A stretch of 64,000 nucleotides of DNA from assembly GCA_910585815.1 (NCBI GenBank), contig CAJUFJ010000003.1, forward strand, positions 17,696-81,695, in the 5' to 3' direction. The notes under the pieces are model-generated. The model did not search any database. It was given only the letters and a program-made list of their open reading frames with translations, and was not told where the DNA came from. Position numbers and translations under genes: made by a program. Source of the DNA: an uncultured Oscillospiraceae bacterium (lineage in GTDB: Bacteria > Bacillota > Clostridia > Oscillospirales > Oscillospiraceae). Positions 40,879 through 49,747 of this stretch are shown here, piece after piece (positions within the stretch are counted from its first letter, which is position 1; the number at the start of each line of letters is the position of its first letter).

Positions 40879-40906
40879 TTGTTATGTAAATTGCATTATG
40901 TAAACT
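40879..40906. other. dif-like element (exact XerD half-site only)
   Basis: TTATGTAAACT (40896-40906) equals the XerD arm of B. subtilis dif as I recall it. The left arm TTGTTATGTAA matches poorly and instead repeats TTATGTAAA directly. Confidence 0.3.
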
Positions 40907-41011
40907 ACGCAACCAAAGAAGTACCGAGGCCCGGCTTGCAGGCCTCGGTACGGCTAAATCTGGTGTTTTTGAAGGTATTCGGCGCTAGATATTGGCGAAA
41001 CCCCCGGGGCT

Positions 41012-42436
41012 TTAGCGATTACAAAGATTACATTCCGTATTATTACAATCTGTATTCTGTCGTTCTAACAACCCTGCGGCAATGGCGTTCAGGGCGATAG
41101 CGCACTCCAGACGCTTGCGCTCCATTGCGCAGGCAACCTCGTTTGACCTTGTTATGTCGCCATTGACAAGCAGATTGGAGGCAGAACACCCCCCGCTGCA
41201 ATAGAATCTGGCCCAGCACTCCCGGCAGGCCGGACGGGTATACACATTCTGTTGGGCAAATTGACCAGAGATCGCCATGTCAAAGGAGGAATCGTGGACG
41301 CTGCCCATGCGGAACTCCTCTTTTCCCACAAACTGATGACAGGGGTAGATATCCCCGTCGGGGGTGATGGCCACATATTCGCAGCCCGCGCCGCAGCCCC
41401 TCAGCCGCTTGATCACGCAGGGCCCCTGGGCCAGGTCCACATTGAAGTGGAAGAAATTCAGGTCCTTCCGGTCCATCAGCGCCCGGGCCAGCTTCTCATA
41501 CTCCTCCCCTACCCTGCTCAGGTCCTCCTCCCGTATGGCAAAGGGGTCGTCGGCAGGACCGCTGCACGGCTCCACCGACACATGGCGGAAGCCCAGATCC
41601 CCCATGTGGAGCACATCTTTGGAAAAATCCAGATTGTCCCGGGTGAAGGTGCCCCGGACATAGTAATCCTTCGTCCCGCGCCCGGCCACCAGCTTTTGAA
41701 ATTTGGGGACGATGATCTCATAGCTGCCCTTCCCATTCACCGTGGGGCGCATCCGGTCGTTCACCTCTCCCCTGCCGTCCAGGGACAGAACCACGTTGGA
41801 CATCTCCCGGTTGATGTAGTCGATGGTCTCGTCGTCCAGGAGGATGCCGTTGGTTGTGATTGTAAAGCGAAACACCTTGTCATGCTTTTCCTCCAGAGAC
41901 CGGGCGTACTCCACCGTCCGCTTCACCGTGTCCATAGCCATCAGGGGCTCGCCGCCGAAGAAGTCCACCTCGATGTTCCGCCGCTTGCCCGACTTGGCCA
42001 CCACCCAGTCGATGGCCTTTTTCGCGGTGTCGAAGCTCATGGTCATCCGTTGGCCGGTGCCGAAGTCACCGGTGGAGGCGAAGCAGTACTTGCACCGCAG
42101 GTTGCAGTCGTGGGACACATGGAGGCACAAGGCCTTCACCACCGCCGCCTTGGGCAGGGCCATGGCGGCCTCGGGGTCCAGATAGTCGTCGGTGGTAAAG
42201 AGCAGTCCGGCGTTTTGCAGCACCCGCAGCTCCTGCCAGGCCTCCTCCAGCTCCGCGGGGTCATATTGGGACAGCCGGTCCACCAATTCCCGGGGGACCC
42301 TCCCCTCCCCTATCGGCCCCTCGCCCACGGCTGAGAGTAAATCATAGGTCAGCTTGTCCAAAACGTGGACCGCTCCGCTGTTTACATCCGCCGCCAGGTA
42401 CTGCCCCAGGGCGGTAAAAGCATGTACAGTTTTCAT
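41012..42436 (-). CDS. scfB: SCIFF peptide maturase (radical SAM/SPASM thioether-forming enzyme)
   Basis: CNLRCKYCF radical SAM motif, a C-terminal SPASM cysteine cluster, and size near 470 aa. Confidence 0.9.
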   Translation of the reverse strand: MKTVHAFTALGQYLAADVNSGAVHVLDKLTYDLLSAVGEGPIGEGRVPRELVDRLSQYDPAELEEAWQELRVLQNAGLLFTTDDYLDPEAAMALPKAAVVKALCLHVSHDCNLRCKYCFASTGDFGTGQRMTMSFDTAKKAIDWVVAKSGKRRNIEVDFFGGEPLMAMDTVKRTVEYARSLEEKHDKVFRFTITTNGILLDDETIDYINREMSNVVLSLDGRGEVNDRMRPTVNGKGSYEIIVPKFQKLVAGRGTKDYYVRGTFTRDNLDFSKDVLHMGDLGFRHVSVEPCSGPADDPFAIREEDLSRVGEEYEKLARALMDRKDLNFFHFNVDLAQGPCVIKRLRGCGAGCEYVAITPDGDIYPCHQFVGKEEFRMGSVHDSSFDMAISGQFAQQNVYTRPACRECWARFYCSGGCSASNLLVNGDITRSNEVACAMERKRLECAIALNAIAAGLLERQNTDCNNTECNLCNR

Positions 42437-42460
42437 AGTTTTTTCTCCTGTTCTGATGTA

Positions 42461-43048
42461 TTAAATGTAATAATCCTCAAATTCGATGGTTCCAAATTCG
42501 GTCAGCTCATATCGTTTCCCTGTCAATCGGGCCAGCACTTCTTCGGAAAACTCTGTAAAGGCGTTTGCCGTGACACCGGAATAGTCCATGCCGGAGCACC
42601 AGAGAAACACCTGCCCATAGGTCCCGTTCTTCCCCGGGTCACAGTCCAGAATCAAATACCAGCTCCCCTCATATTCGGTGAAGGGAATCCAGTGTTTCCG
42701 CCAGATATAGGGCTTGATCTTGTCCTCCGTCACCCACTCCAACGGCTCCGTCTCCTTTTCAAAGAGCTCGTTCATCATCTGCCAGGTCTCGAGGATGCCG
42801 GTGACGGACAGAAATGGATTGTACCCAAGGAGAGGGATTTCTGTGTTCCGGTCCCGCACCGCCTCCTCGGTATTCCGCTGGCCGTTCATGGTGGACAGAT
42901 AGTCACGAAAGTCCTGAGGCAGCTCCACCCCCACCGCCTTCTCCAGGCGCTGTATCTCCAAAGCATCGGCGGGTGGGTTGACGCTTGCGTAAATGTCCTC
43001 GGAAGCCAGCTTGATCTGTTTCAAAATTTCACGCCACACCTGTTCCAT
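42461..43048 (-). CDS. SMI1/KNR4 (SUKH)-like protein
   Basis: IQRLEKAVGVELPQDFRDYLSTMNGQ motif and later WIPFTEYEGSWYLILD. The ATG at 43048 is preferred; the track ORF starts at TTG 43054. Confidence 0.7.
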   Translation of the reverse strand: MEQVWREILKQIKLASEDIYASVNPPADALEIQRLEKAVGVELPQDFRDYLSTMNGQRNTEEAVRDRNTEIPLLGYNPFLSVTGILETWQMMNELFEKETEPLEWVTEDKIKPYIWRKHWIPFTEYEGSWYLILDCDPGKNGTYGQVFLWCSGMDYSGVTANAFTEFSEEVLARLTGKRYELTEFGTIEFEDYYI

Positions 43049-43050
43049 TC

Positions 43051-43488
43051 TCAAATAACCTCCCCGTAGTAGGCGAACATCCGCTCATAAAAGGAACGAG
43101 TCTGTTCTTCGTCTCCCCAGGAGAGAGGATCGTCGGCATAGCTCAATGTCCAAAACGGCTCCTGGTTGTAAAGCCTGCCGGGAAGGCTCTCCCATACAGA
43201 ATGCATTTTACTTCCGAACTGTCGGAGGTCTGTGCACCTGTCATAGCAGTCCCTGAGCTTTTCCATCAAGGCCCGCCCAAAGGTCTCCGGGTGCAGGCCG
43301 AGATAACCATAGTCCGCCCGTGTTCGGATATAGATGACCGCTTCTTGAATGTCGGTCTCGCACTCCAGGTCCAGTAGCGTCCTGTCGTCCGGGTGCTCCA
43401 AAAACAGGGCGTGCAGCCGCTCCTGGTATTCCTCCTCTGTGACGATCCCCTCATAGAGCAGGATGGCGTACGCCAGCAGTTCTTCCAA
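43051..43488 (-). CDS. hypothetical protein
   Basis: 145-aa ORF. Its stop overlaps the next start region. No family recognised. Confidence 0.55.
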   Translation of the reverse strand: MEELLAYAILLYEGIVTEEEYQERLHALFLEHPDDRTLLDLECETDIQEAVIYIRTRADYGYLGLHPETFGRALMEKLRDCYDRCTDLRQFGSKMHSVWESLPGRLYNQEPFWTLSYADDPLSWGDEEQTRSFYERMFAYYGEVI

Positions 43489-43503
43489 AGCGACGCCCCC
43501 CTT

Positions 43504-44013
43504 TCAGTTGTTGCAGATGTGACAGCCAAAGATGGACAGCAGGGTTTGATGCCTGGAACACCTGGGAAACCCGGACATCACCGGGTCAGACGGGTCTGAT
43601 TCCGCCAGCCATTCCTCCAGAGCGCCCGGCTGAATTTGCGAGAGGCCGGATATCAACTCCGAAAAGTGGTCCAGGCAGGGAAACAGCATGTCCTCATTGG
43701 GACGGTAGTCCAGCTTTTCCCAGCCCAGCCGCTCCTTTGCCCCCGAGACCACCCGGAGCAGAAACGCCCTGTCTTCCTCAAAGGTGTTGGAATCCCAGGG
43801 CATCTCCCACAGGTCGAAATCTACCGTTCCTGCCCCCATCCTGCTCTGGTCCTTCTCCGCCAGCCATACGATCAGCCGTTTTTCAGAGACGGTCCTCGCC
43901 AATGCCGAGCCGCTGAGGACCAGAACATTCACAAAGACATCGGTCAGTCCGTTGCTCATTTGCAGAAGCTCACGGCCGCAGGACTGGGGATTGATTCCAA
44001 TTGTGTTTGCCAT
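43504..44013 (-). CDS. hypothetical protein
   Basis: The ATG at 44013 follows GGGAGGA. No family recognised. Confidence 0.55.
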   Translation of the reverse strand: MANTIGINPQSCGRELLQMSNGLTDVFVNVLVLSGSALARTVSEKRLIVWLAEKDQSRMGAGTVDFDLWEMPWDSNTFEEDRAFLLRVVSGAKERLGWEKLDYRPNEDMLFPCLDHFSELISGLSQIQPGALEEWLAESDPSDPVMSGFPRCSRHQTLLSIFGCHICNN

Positions 44014-44040
44014 ATGTCCTCCCAACTAACTGGACACAGC

Positions 44041-44071
44041 AAAAAGGCAGGCGCGAACGCGCCCGCCCTTT
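44041..44071 (-). terminator. hairpin + T-run directly after scfA
   Basis: On the minus strand: GGCGGGCGC-GTTC-GCGCCTGCC followed by TTTTT. Confidence 0.7.
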
Positions 44072-44084
44072 TCGGCTCTGTGAT

Positions 44085-44225
44085 TTACTTGTTCTCACAC
44101 TTCTGGTTGGCGACGGTGCAGGAAGTCTTGCAGGCGGACTGGCAAGAGGTCTGGCACTCGCCGCAACCGCCCTTGGCGGCGCTGGCCTTCAGGGTGGCCC
44201 CGTTCAGCGTCTGGATATGTTTCAT
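44085..44225 (-). CDS. scfA: SCIFF ribosomal peptide (six cysteines in forty-five residues)
   Basis: Hand translation gives MKHIQTLNGATLKASAAKGGCGECQTSCQSACKTSCTVANQKCENK: 46 aa with six Cys. RBS is AGGAGGAG. It is too short for the ORF track. Confidence 0.92.
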   Translation of the reverse strand: MKHIQTLNGATLKASAAKGGCGECQTSCQSACKTSCTVANQKCENK

Positions 44226-44309
44226 TTTAATTTCTCCTCCTGTTTGGTTTGCTTACAGCATTTTCTGCCATAGTAGAGGTATTATAACACAGTGCTCTGG
44301 AAATTTCAA

Positions 44310-44732
44310 TCATCTTCTGCGTTTTTTCTTGGGCTTTCTTCCCAGCAGTCCGGGAATTGCCCCGCCGCACAGGCAGGCGCACAGGATTCCCGCCCCTCCG
44401 TTGGCAACGGATGCCCCCTGATAGACGATAAATCCAGCCGTCAGCAGCAGAAGAAACAGCACGGCGCCCACCCCCAGACCCGCTAGCAGGGACCGGCCCT
44501 CCACATGGCGGACCGCATAGATCCCGCCTGCAAAGGCGCCCAGGGCGCAGGCAGCCAGCACCGCCCCGTACATGGCCTCCACCGGCACCAGGCCCACTGA
44601 CACCAGCACTGCACAGATCAGCAGCACCAGAATGGTCACCACTCCGGCCAGCACGCCTCCCTTGAGCACCTCACACATGGCGTTGAGCCACTGGCTGCCC
44701 ATCTCCTTCGGCCGCCGCTCCTTTTTCTTCAT
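44310..44732 (-). CDS. TIGR04086-like small membrane protein
   Basis: Four hydrophobic segments and a KKKRRR tail, in the usual position between yajC and scfA. The ATG at 44732 follows GGGGAGGG. Confidence 0.7.
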   Translation of the reverse strand: MKKKERRPKEMGSQWLNAMCEVLKGGVLAGVVTILVLLICAVLVSVGLVPVEAMYGAVLAACALGAFAGGIYAVRHVEGRSLLAGLGVGAVLFLLLLTAGFIVYQGASVANGGAGILCACLCGGAIPGLLGRKPKKKRRR

Positions 44733-44798
44733 AAAACACACCCTCCCCACGGTTTGGTAAAACCTATGCGGGGAGGGTGAAAGACATGCCTGTTTCTT

Positions 44799-45080
44799 TT
44801 AGGTAGTCGGCTGGTTGGAAGCCACATTCTTGGTGGACACAGCCCACTTGGTAAACTCGATGCGCACCCGGTCGGCGCCGGTCTCGATTACGATGGTGCT
44901 CTCGTCCACCTTACAGATGGTGCCGACTACCCCGCCGATGGTGGTGATGACGTCGCCCACCTTCAGGGAATCCCGCAGGTTCTGTGCCTCCTTCTTCCGC
45001 TTGTTCTCCGGGCGGATCATGAAAAAGTACATCATGGCGAACATCAGAACAATCATCAAAATAAAGCTGGGATCAATCAT
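44799..45080 (-). CDS. yajC: preprotein translocase subunit YajC
   Basis: MYFFMIRPENKRKKE...LKVGD.V.T.GG pattern. The ATG at 45080 follows GGAGGA. Confidence 0.88.
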   Translation of the reverse strand: MIDPSFILMIVLMFAMMYFFMIRPENKRKKEAQNLRDSLKVGDVITTIGGVVGTICKVDESTIVIETGADRVRIEFTKWAVSTKNVASNQPTT

Positions 45081-45199
45081 AAATCTTTCCTCCAATAATT
45101 ACTGCAAAATTAAGTCGGTCAACAGAATAACTATTTGACACAGTGAAAAGTATTATAGCGGATAATCTCCCGATTGACAAGCCCTTTTGTCAAATTTCT

Positions 45200-46339
45200 C
45201 TAATCCTCCTGACAGGGCCGGTCCAACAGGCCGGAGTATTGCGCCCGGAAGTCGGAGAAGGTCCCGGCGTCCAGGGTCTCCCGGATGCGGGCCATCAGCT
45301 CATTGTAGAAGTGCAGGTTGTGAAGCACCGCCAGCCGCATGGCCAGCATCTCCCCCGCCGTCAGCAGGTGGCGCAGGTAGGCCCGGGAGAAGGACCGGCA
45401 GGCGGGACAGGTACACGTGGGGTCAATGGGCCGCTCGTCCAGCTTGAATTTCTCATTTTTGATGTTGATGGTCCCCTGCCAGGTGTACAGCTTGCCATGG
45501 CGGGCGTTCCGGGCGGGCATGACGCAGTCGAAGAAGTCGATCCCCCGGGCTACCCCCTCGATGATGTTGGACGGGGTCCCCACCCCCATCAGGTAACGGG
45601 GCTTTTCCCGGGGCATGTGGGGCTCCACCGCGTCGATAATGTCGTACATCACTTGGGTGGGCTCCCCCACCGCCAGGCCACCGATGGCGTAGCCGTCGCA
45701 GTTCACCTTGGCGATCTCCTCCATGTGCCAGACCCGCAGATCGGCATAAGTCCCCCCCTGGTTGATGCCGAACAGCTGCTGCTGGGGGTTCACCGTATCT
45801 GACAGGCTGTTCAGCTTGTCATGCTCTGTCACGCAACGTTCCAGCCACCGGGCTGTCCGCTCACAGGAGGCCTTTACATACTCGTAGGGGGAGGGATTTT
45901 CCACGCACTCGTCAAAAGCCATGGCGATGTCGCTGCCCAGGTTGGACTGGATGCGCATGGACTCCTCCGGGCCCATGAAGATACGCCGGCCGTCGATGTG
46001 GGAGGCGAAGGTGACCCCCTCCTCCTTGATCTTCCGCAGGCCGGACAGGGAAAAGACCTGGAACCCTCCGCTGTCGGTGAGCATGGGGCCGTCCCAGCCC
46101 ATAAATTTGTGGAGCCCGCCCATCTGACGGACTACCCCGTCCCCGGGGCGCAGATGGAGGTGGTAGGTGTTGGACAGCTCCACCTGACAGCCAATCTCCT
46201 TCAGGTCGTGGGCAGACACCGCCCCCTTGATGGCCCCCTGGGTGCCCACATTCATGAACACCGGGGTCTGGACCACCCCGTGGGCGCAGGTGAAGACACC
46301 CCGCCGGGCGCTTCCCTCTTTTTTCAAAACTTTAAACAC
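45200..46339 (-). CDS. tgt: tRNA-guanosine(34) transglycosylase
   Basis: TPVFMNVGT, LTDSGGFQ and a Zn site C.C..C...H (CTCPACR...H). Confidence 0.95.
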   Translation of the reverse strand: MFKVLKKEGSARRGVFTCAHGVVQTPVFMNVGTQGAIKGAVSAHDLKEIGCQVELSNTYHLHLRPGDGVVRQMGGLHKFMGWDGPMLTDSGGFQVFSLSGLRKIKEEGVTFASHIDGRRIFMGPEESMRIQSNLGSDIAMAFDECVENPSPYEYVKASCERTARWLERCVTEHDKLNSLSDTVNPQQQLFGINQGGTYADLRVWHMEEIAKVNCDGYAIGGLAVGEPTQVMYDIIDAVEPHMPREKPRYLMGVGTPSNIIEGVARGIDFFDCVMPARNARHGKLYTWQGTINIKNEKFKLDERPIDPTCTCPACRSFSRAYLRHLLTAGEMLAMRLAVLHNLHFYNELMARIRETLDAGTFSDFRAQYSGLLDRPCQED

Positions 46340-46352
46340 GCAAAAACTCCTT

Positions 46353-46853
46353 TTACCTTGTAATACCTGCTTCCTGCAAAAAGTCAGTTACAAATTGCTC
46401 CAGCTTGTCTGTGTGCAGGTCCGGAACCTCGTCTACATGCCAGCCCAATTTAAACCGTCCTGAATCACCATAGGGGTAATACTTTCCATGATAAACATAG
46501 TAAGGAAAGTTGATTTTTTCCCTCAAATGTCCCCGGTGGAACAAAAGCTCGCATCCGCTTGCAATGACGCCATGTTTGTATTCCTCAATAAAGATGTTGT
46601 CGATAAAGTCGTCGTCAATAACTGAGGGGTCCTCCGCAATATGGAGCTCGGCCAGGATGGTCTCAAACAGGTCGTGGGTCCGCTCCCAGTTGAAGCCGCC
46701 GGCTGCCTCCAGCAGAGCCGGACTGCTATAACCAGCTTCAAGCATATCCAACGCCCATAGGGTCAGGTGATCGTCCCACCTATGCTTTAAAATCCCCGTA
46801 CGGCAGTCATCGTAGTATTTTTCCAAAATATGCCCCAAATAATAATATTTCAT
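46353..46853 (-). CDS. hypothetical protein inserted between queA and tgt
   Basis: 166-aa AT-richer ORF. No family recognised. Confidence 0.55.
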   Translation of the reverse strand: MKYYYLGHILEKYYDDCRTGILKHRWDDHLTLWALDMLEAGYSSPALLEAAGGFNWERTHDLFETILAELHIAEDPSVIDDDFIDNIFIEEYKHGVIASGCELLFHRGHLREKINFPYYVYHGKYYPYGDSGRFKLGWHVDEVPDLHTDKLEQFVTDFLQEAGITR

Positions 46854-46874
46854 CGAAAATCTTGAGCCCCCTCC

Positions 46875-47897
46875 TCACGAAATAAACATCGCATCACCAA
46901 AAGAAAAGAAGCGATATTTCTCCCGCACCGCCTCCTCGTAGGCCGCCAGGACATGCTCCCGTCCCGCCAGGGCGGACACCAGCATGATGAGGGTGGACTG
47001 CGGCAGATGGAAATTGGTGATGAGGGCATCCAGCACCTTGAATTTATACCCCGGATAGATAAAGATACTGGTCCAGCCGGAGCACTCCGACATGGTCCCG
47101 TCCTCCGCCGCGAAGCTCTCCACCGTGCGGCAGGAGGTGGTGCCCACGCAGATGACCCGCCCGCCATTTCGTTTTGTCTCGTTGATGATATCGGCGGTCT
47201 CCTGGCTGATCTGGCAAAATTCGGAATGCATCTCGTGGTCCGCGATATCCTCCGCCTTCACAGGGCGGAAGGTCCCAAGGCCAACATGGAGTGTAACGTA
47301 GCAAACCTTTACACCCATCCCCCCCACCTGCTCCAGCAGCTCCGGGGTAAAATGGAGCCCGGCAGTGGGGGCGGCGGCGGAGCCCACCACCCTGGAGTAG
47401 ACCGTCTGATACCGCTCCTGGTCCTGAAGCTCCGCCTTGATATAGGGCGGCAGAGGCATCCGGCCCAGCTGCTCCAGAATCTCCAGGAAAATCCCCTGGT
47501 AGTGGAACCGGACCGCCCGTTTTCCGTCGTTCAGCTCCTCCTCCACGGTGGCGGTGAGCTGTCCATCTCCAAATATTACCCGGGTCCCCGGCTTTAGCTT
47601 CCGCCCCGGCCGGACCAGACACTCCCACAGGTCGCCGCCTCTATCGACAAGGAGAAGTACTTCACAGGCTCCTCCGGTAGGACGGTGGCCGATAAGCCGG
47701 GCGGGGAGCACCCGGGAGTCGTTCAGCACCAGGCAGTCCCCCGGCCGGAGGAACCGGGGCAGGTCGTAAAAGTGGTGGTGTTCGACGGCCCCGCTCTCCC
47801 TGTCCAGGGTGAGCAGACGGGAGGCGTCCCGCCGTTCCAGGGGGGTCTGGGCGATGAGCTCCTCAGGGAGCTGGAAATCAAAATCAGAAGTTTTCAA
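46875..47897 (-). CDS. queA: S-adenosylmethionine:tRNA ribosyltransferase-isomerase
   Basis: [14 protein letters not shown]-terminus and [11 protein letters not shown] motif. Confidence 0.95.
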   Translation of the reverse strand: MKTSDFDFQLPEELIAQTPLERRDASRLLTLDRESGAVEHHHFYDLPRFLRPGDCLVLNDSRVLPARLIGHRPTGGACEVLLLVDRGGDLWECLVRPGRKLKPGTRVIFGDGQLTATVEEELNDGKRAVRFHYQGIFLEILEQLGRMPLPPYIKAELQDQERYQTVYSRVVGSAAAPTAGLHFTPELLEQVGGMGVKVCYVTLHVGLGTFRPVKAEDIADHEMHSEFCQISQETADIINETKRNGGRVICVGTTSCRTVESFAAEDGTMSECSGWTSIFIYPGYKFKVLDALITNFHLPQSTLIMLVSALAGREHVLAAYEEAVREKYRFFSFGDAMFIS

Positions 47898-47911
47898 GGC
47901 TTACATCCTTT

Positions 47912-49684
47912 TCAGTACGTTGTAATTTGAACGCCGGGGAGATAAAAGGTGACAATTTCATCGTAAGTAAAGCCCCGGCGAGCCATGGCGTTGGCGCCGA
48001 ACTGGCTCAGGCCGATCTGATGGCCCCAGCCGCCGCCGTTGAAGGTGTAGGTGTCCCCGGAGACGGTTACCGTCCCGCTCCCGGGCTGGGGCGCGGAGGT
48101 GTTCCCGCTGGACCCGCTCCCCTCCAGCTGAGACACCGAGCCGGTGCCGGAGATGATATAGGCGCTCCCGCCGATCTGAGACAGTGAGCCATTTCCGGTA
48201 ATGACATACTTGCCCTCCAGACTGTCCGCCGCCCCGGAGCCGTTGATGGAGATATCCCCCGGCTGCTCCGGCGGCTGCGTGCCCGTGGTCCCGGCACCGT
48301 TGACGGTAAAGCGGATGGAATCCACTCCGAAGCGGCTGCGGATATTGCCGGCGCTGATGGTGTTGCTCTGGCCATTCTTCCAGTGGACTACCGCCTTAAT
48401 CACGTTGCCCAGCTTGGAGTAGGTCAGCTCCAGGCTTTTTACCGAAGTCCCTGTTCCCATGCCGGCCTTCTGGAGCTGCTGTGTCAGCTGGGCGGCGGTG
48501 TAGTTCACCGTCCAGGGGCAGTGGGAATTGCGGTCGTTCAGGTCGGCCTCGTAGGGGTCCTCCACCCCCTGGAGGTATGGGTGCTCGGTGGTGGTGTTGG
48601 TGCCCCAGACATAGTTGGCGTCCTCACTGGCCCCGCCGAAGCTGGAGGAGTAGGGGGTCTCGGCCAGGCGGCCGTTGTATTTAATCACCAGCCCCGCCGT
48701 TTCGGCCACCGCCCGCATACTCACCTCACTGGGACCGTAGTCCGCCTTATTGCTGCCCATGCCGTGGTAGACCTGGCAGTTGGCGGAGGTGCAGATGTCA
48801 AAGCCGTAGCTGTTGTGCTTGTTGAGATTTTTCAGCACATAGGTGCGGGCGCACATGGCCTGAGCCTTCAGGGCCTCCAGCGGCCAATCCCGGCCCATCT
48901 CATAGCAGATGACGCCGTTCACATAGTCCTCCAGCCCCACCACGTTGACCACGGTGAGGTTGCCGCCGGTCTGCCGGTGGTACTGGAAGCCCCCCCGGTA
49001 TTTGTACCCGTCAAACCAGGTGCGGGTCTCCCCCGCCCCGGTCACATCGGGCTGGATGGCCAGCTTTCCCGACTGGCCGCAGTCGTACTGGAACAAAATC
49101 TGATTGGTGCCTGTTTTGACCACGCTCATGCCGTAGGAGCTGGTGCCCACCACGGTGCCGCCCAGCCCGGCCGCCTCGGCCTCCTCCTTGGAGGCATACG
49201 CCCCCACCCGGACCTGATAGGTCCCATCGATCCAGGCCGCAAAGCCACCGCTGTAGCCGGACGCCGCCGCCTCGGCCTCCCCGTAGCTGCTATAGCTGCC
49301 GGGAATCTGCACATGGTAGCACCCCACCAGAACACCGCCCCCCTCGGAGGAATAGCGGCTGCCGTCATAGCGCAGATTCTGGGTCTTCAGCACCGAAACG
49401 GCGATGGTGTTCCGGTCTGTGCGCGCCAGCTCCACAAAATTGAGATTCCCGTCATAGTAGCCGAAGCGGTAGCCCCAGCCAAAGCCCTGGCTGTTGTTGT
49501 TCTCCAGATTGGCGGATTCCAGCTCTCCGGTGGGCACGTGGCTGCTGGTGGAGGCCAAGCCCACCCGAATCATAATCTCCCCGTTCTGGTTGGTGGCCAC
49601 CGCCCCCGCCGGAGGGACAGACAGGCACAGGGTCAAAAGGGCGGCGGCAAGCTGCATAAATCTTTTTCTCATAATGTACTCCAT
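47912..49684 (-). CDS. SpoIID/LytB domain protein
   Basis: Signal peptide and the SpoIID-type region YVNGVICYEMG...EALKAQAMCARTY...SSFGG. An alternative start lies at 49672. Confidence 0.85.
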   Translation of the reverse strand: MEYIMRKRFMQLAAALLTLCLSVPPAGAVATNQNGEIMIRVGLASTSSHVPTGELESANLENNNSQGFGWGYRFGYYDGNLNFVELARTDRNTIAVSVLKTQNLRYDGSRYSSEGGGVLVGCYHVQIPGSYSSYGEAEAAASGYSGGFAAWIDGTYQVRVGAYASKEEAEAAGLGGTVVGTSSYGMSVVKTGTNQILFQYDCGQSGKLAIQPDVTGAGETRTWFDGYKYRGGFQYHRQTGGNLTVVNVVGLEDYVNGVICYEMGRDWPLEALKAQAMCARTYVLKNLNKHNSYGFDICTSANCQVYHGMGSNKADYGPSEVSMRAVAETAGLVIKYNGRLAETPYSSSFGGASEDANYVWGTNTTTEHPYLQGVEDPYEADLNDRNSHCPWTVNYTAAQLTQQLQKAGMGTGTSVKSLELTYSKLGNVIKAVVHWKNGQSNTISAGNIRSRFGVDSIRFTVNGAGTTGTQPPEQPGDISINGSGAADSLEGKYVITGNGSLSQIGGSAYIISGTGSVSQLEGSGSSGNTSAPQPGSGTVTVSGDTYTFNGGGWGHQIGLSQFGANAMARRGFTYDEIVTFYLPGVQITTY

Positions 49685-49711
49685 TTCTCTGGTTTCCCGG
49701 TTGTATTTCTA

Positions 49712-49741
49712 TTGACAACATGGTTGAAACCATGGTAGGAT
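49712..49741 (+). promoter_or_regulatory. sigma-A-like promoter with palindromic spacer
   Basis: TTGACA (49712-17), 18-nt spacer, TG-n-TAGGAT (49733-41). The spacer contains CATGGTT-GAA-AACCATG. Confidence 0.5.
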
Positions 49742-49747
49742 AGCAAC

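Noticed and set aside
40870-40915. The TTTACATAA direct repeat (minus strand) read as the sigma-E promoter of spoIIM.
   Set aside because: The spacing between the two CATAA elements (15 bp start to start) is too short for the -35/-10 geometry I recall. I left it as a dif-like or unknown element instead.
45171-45195. The palindrome TTGACAA-N7-TTGTCAA downstream of tgt.
   Set aside because: It is a short stem that plausibly acts only as a weak terminator or overlaps the -35 of the yajC promoter (TTGTCA-17-TATAAT on the minus strand). Nothing unusual could be supported.
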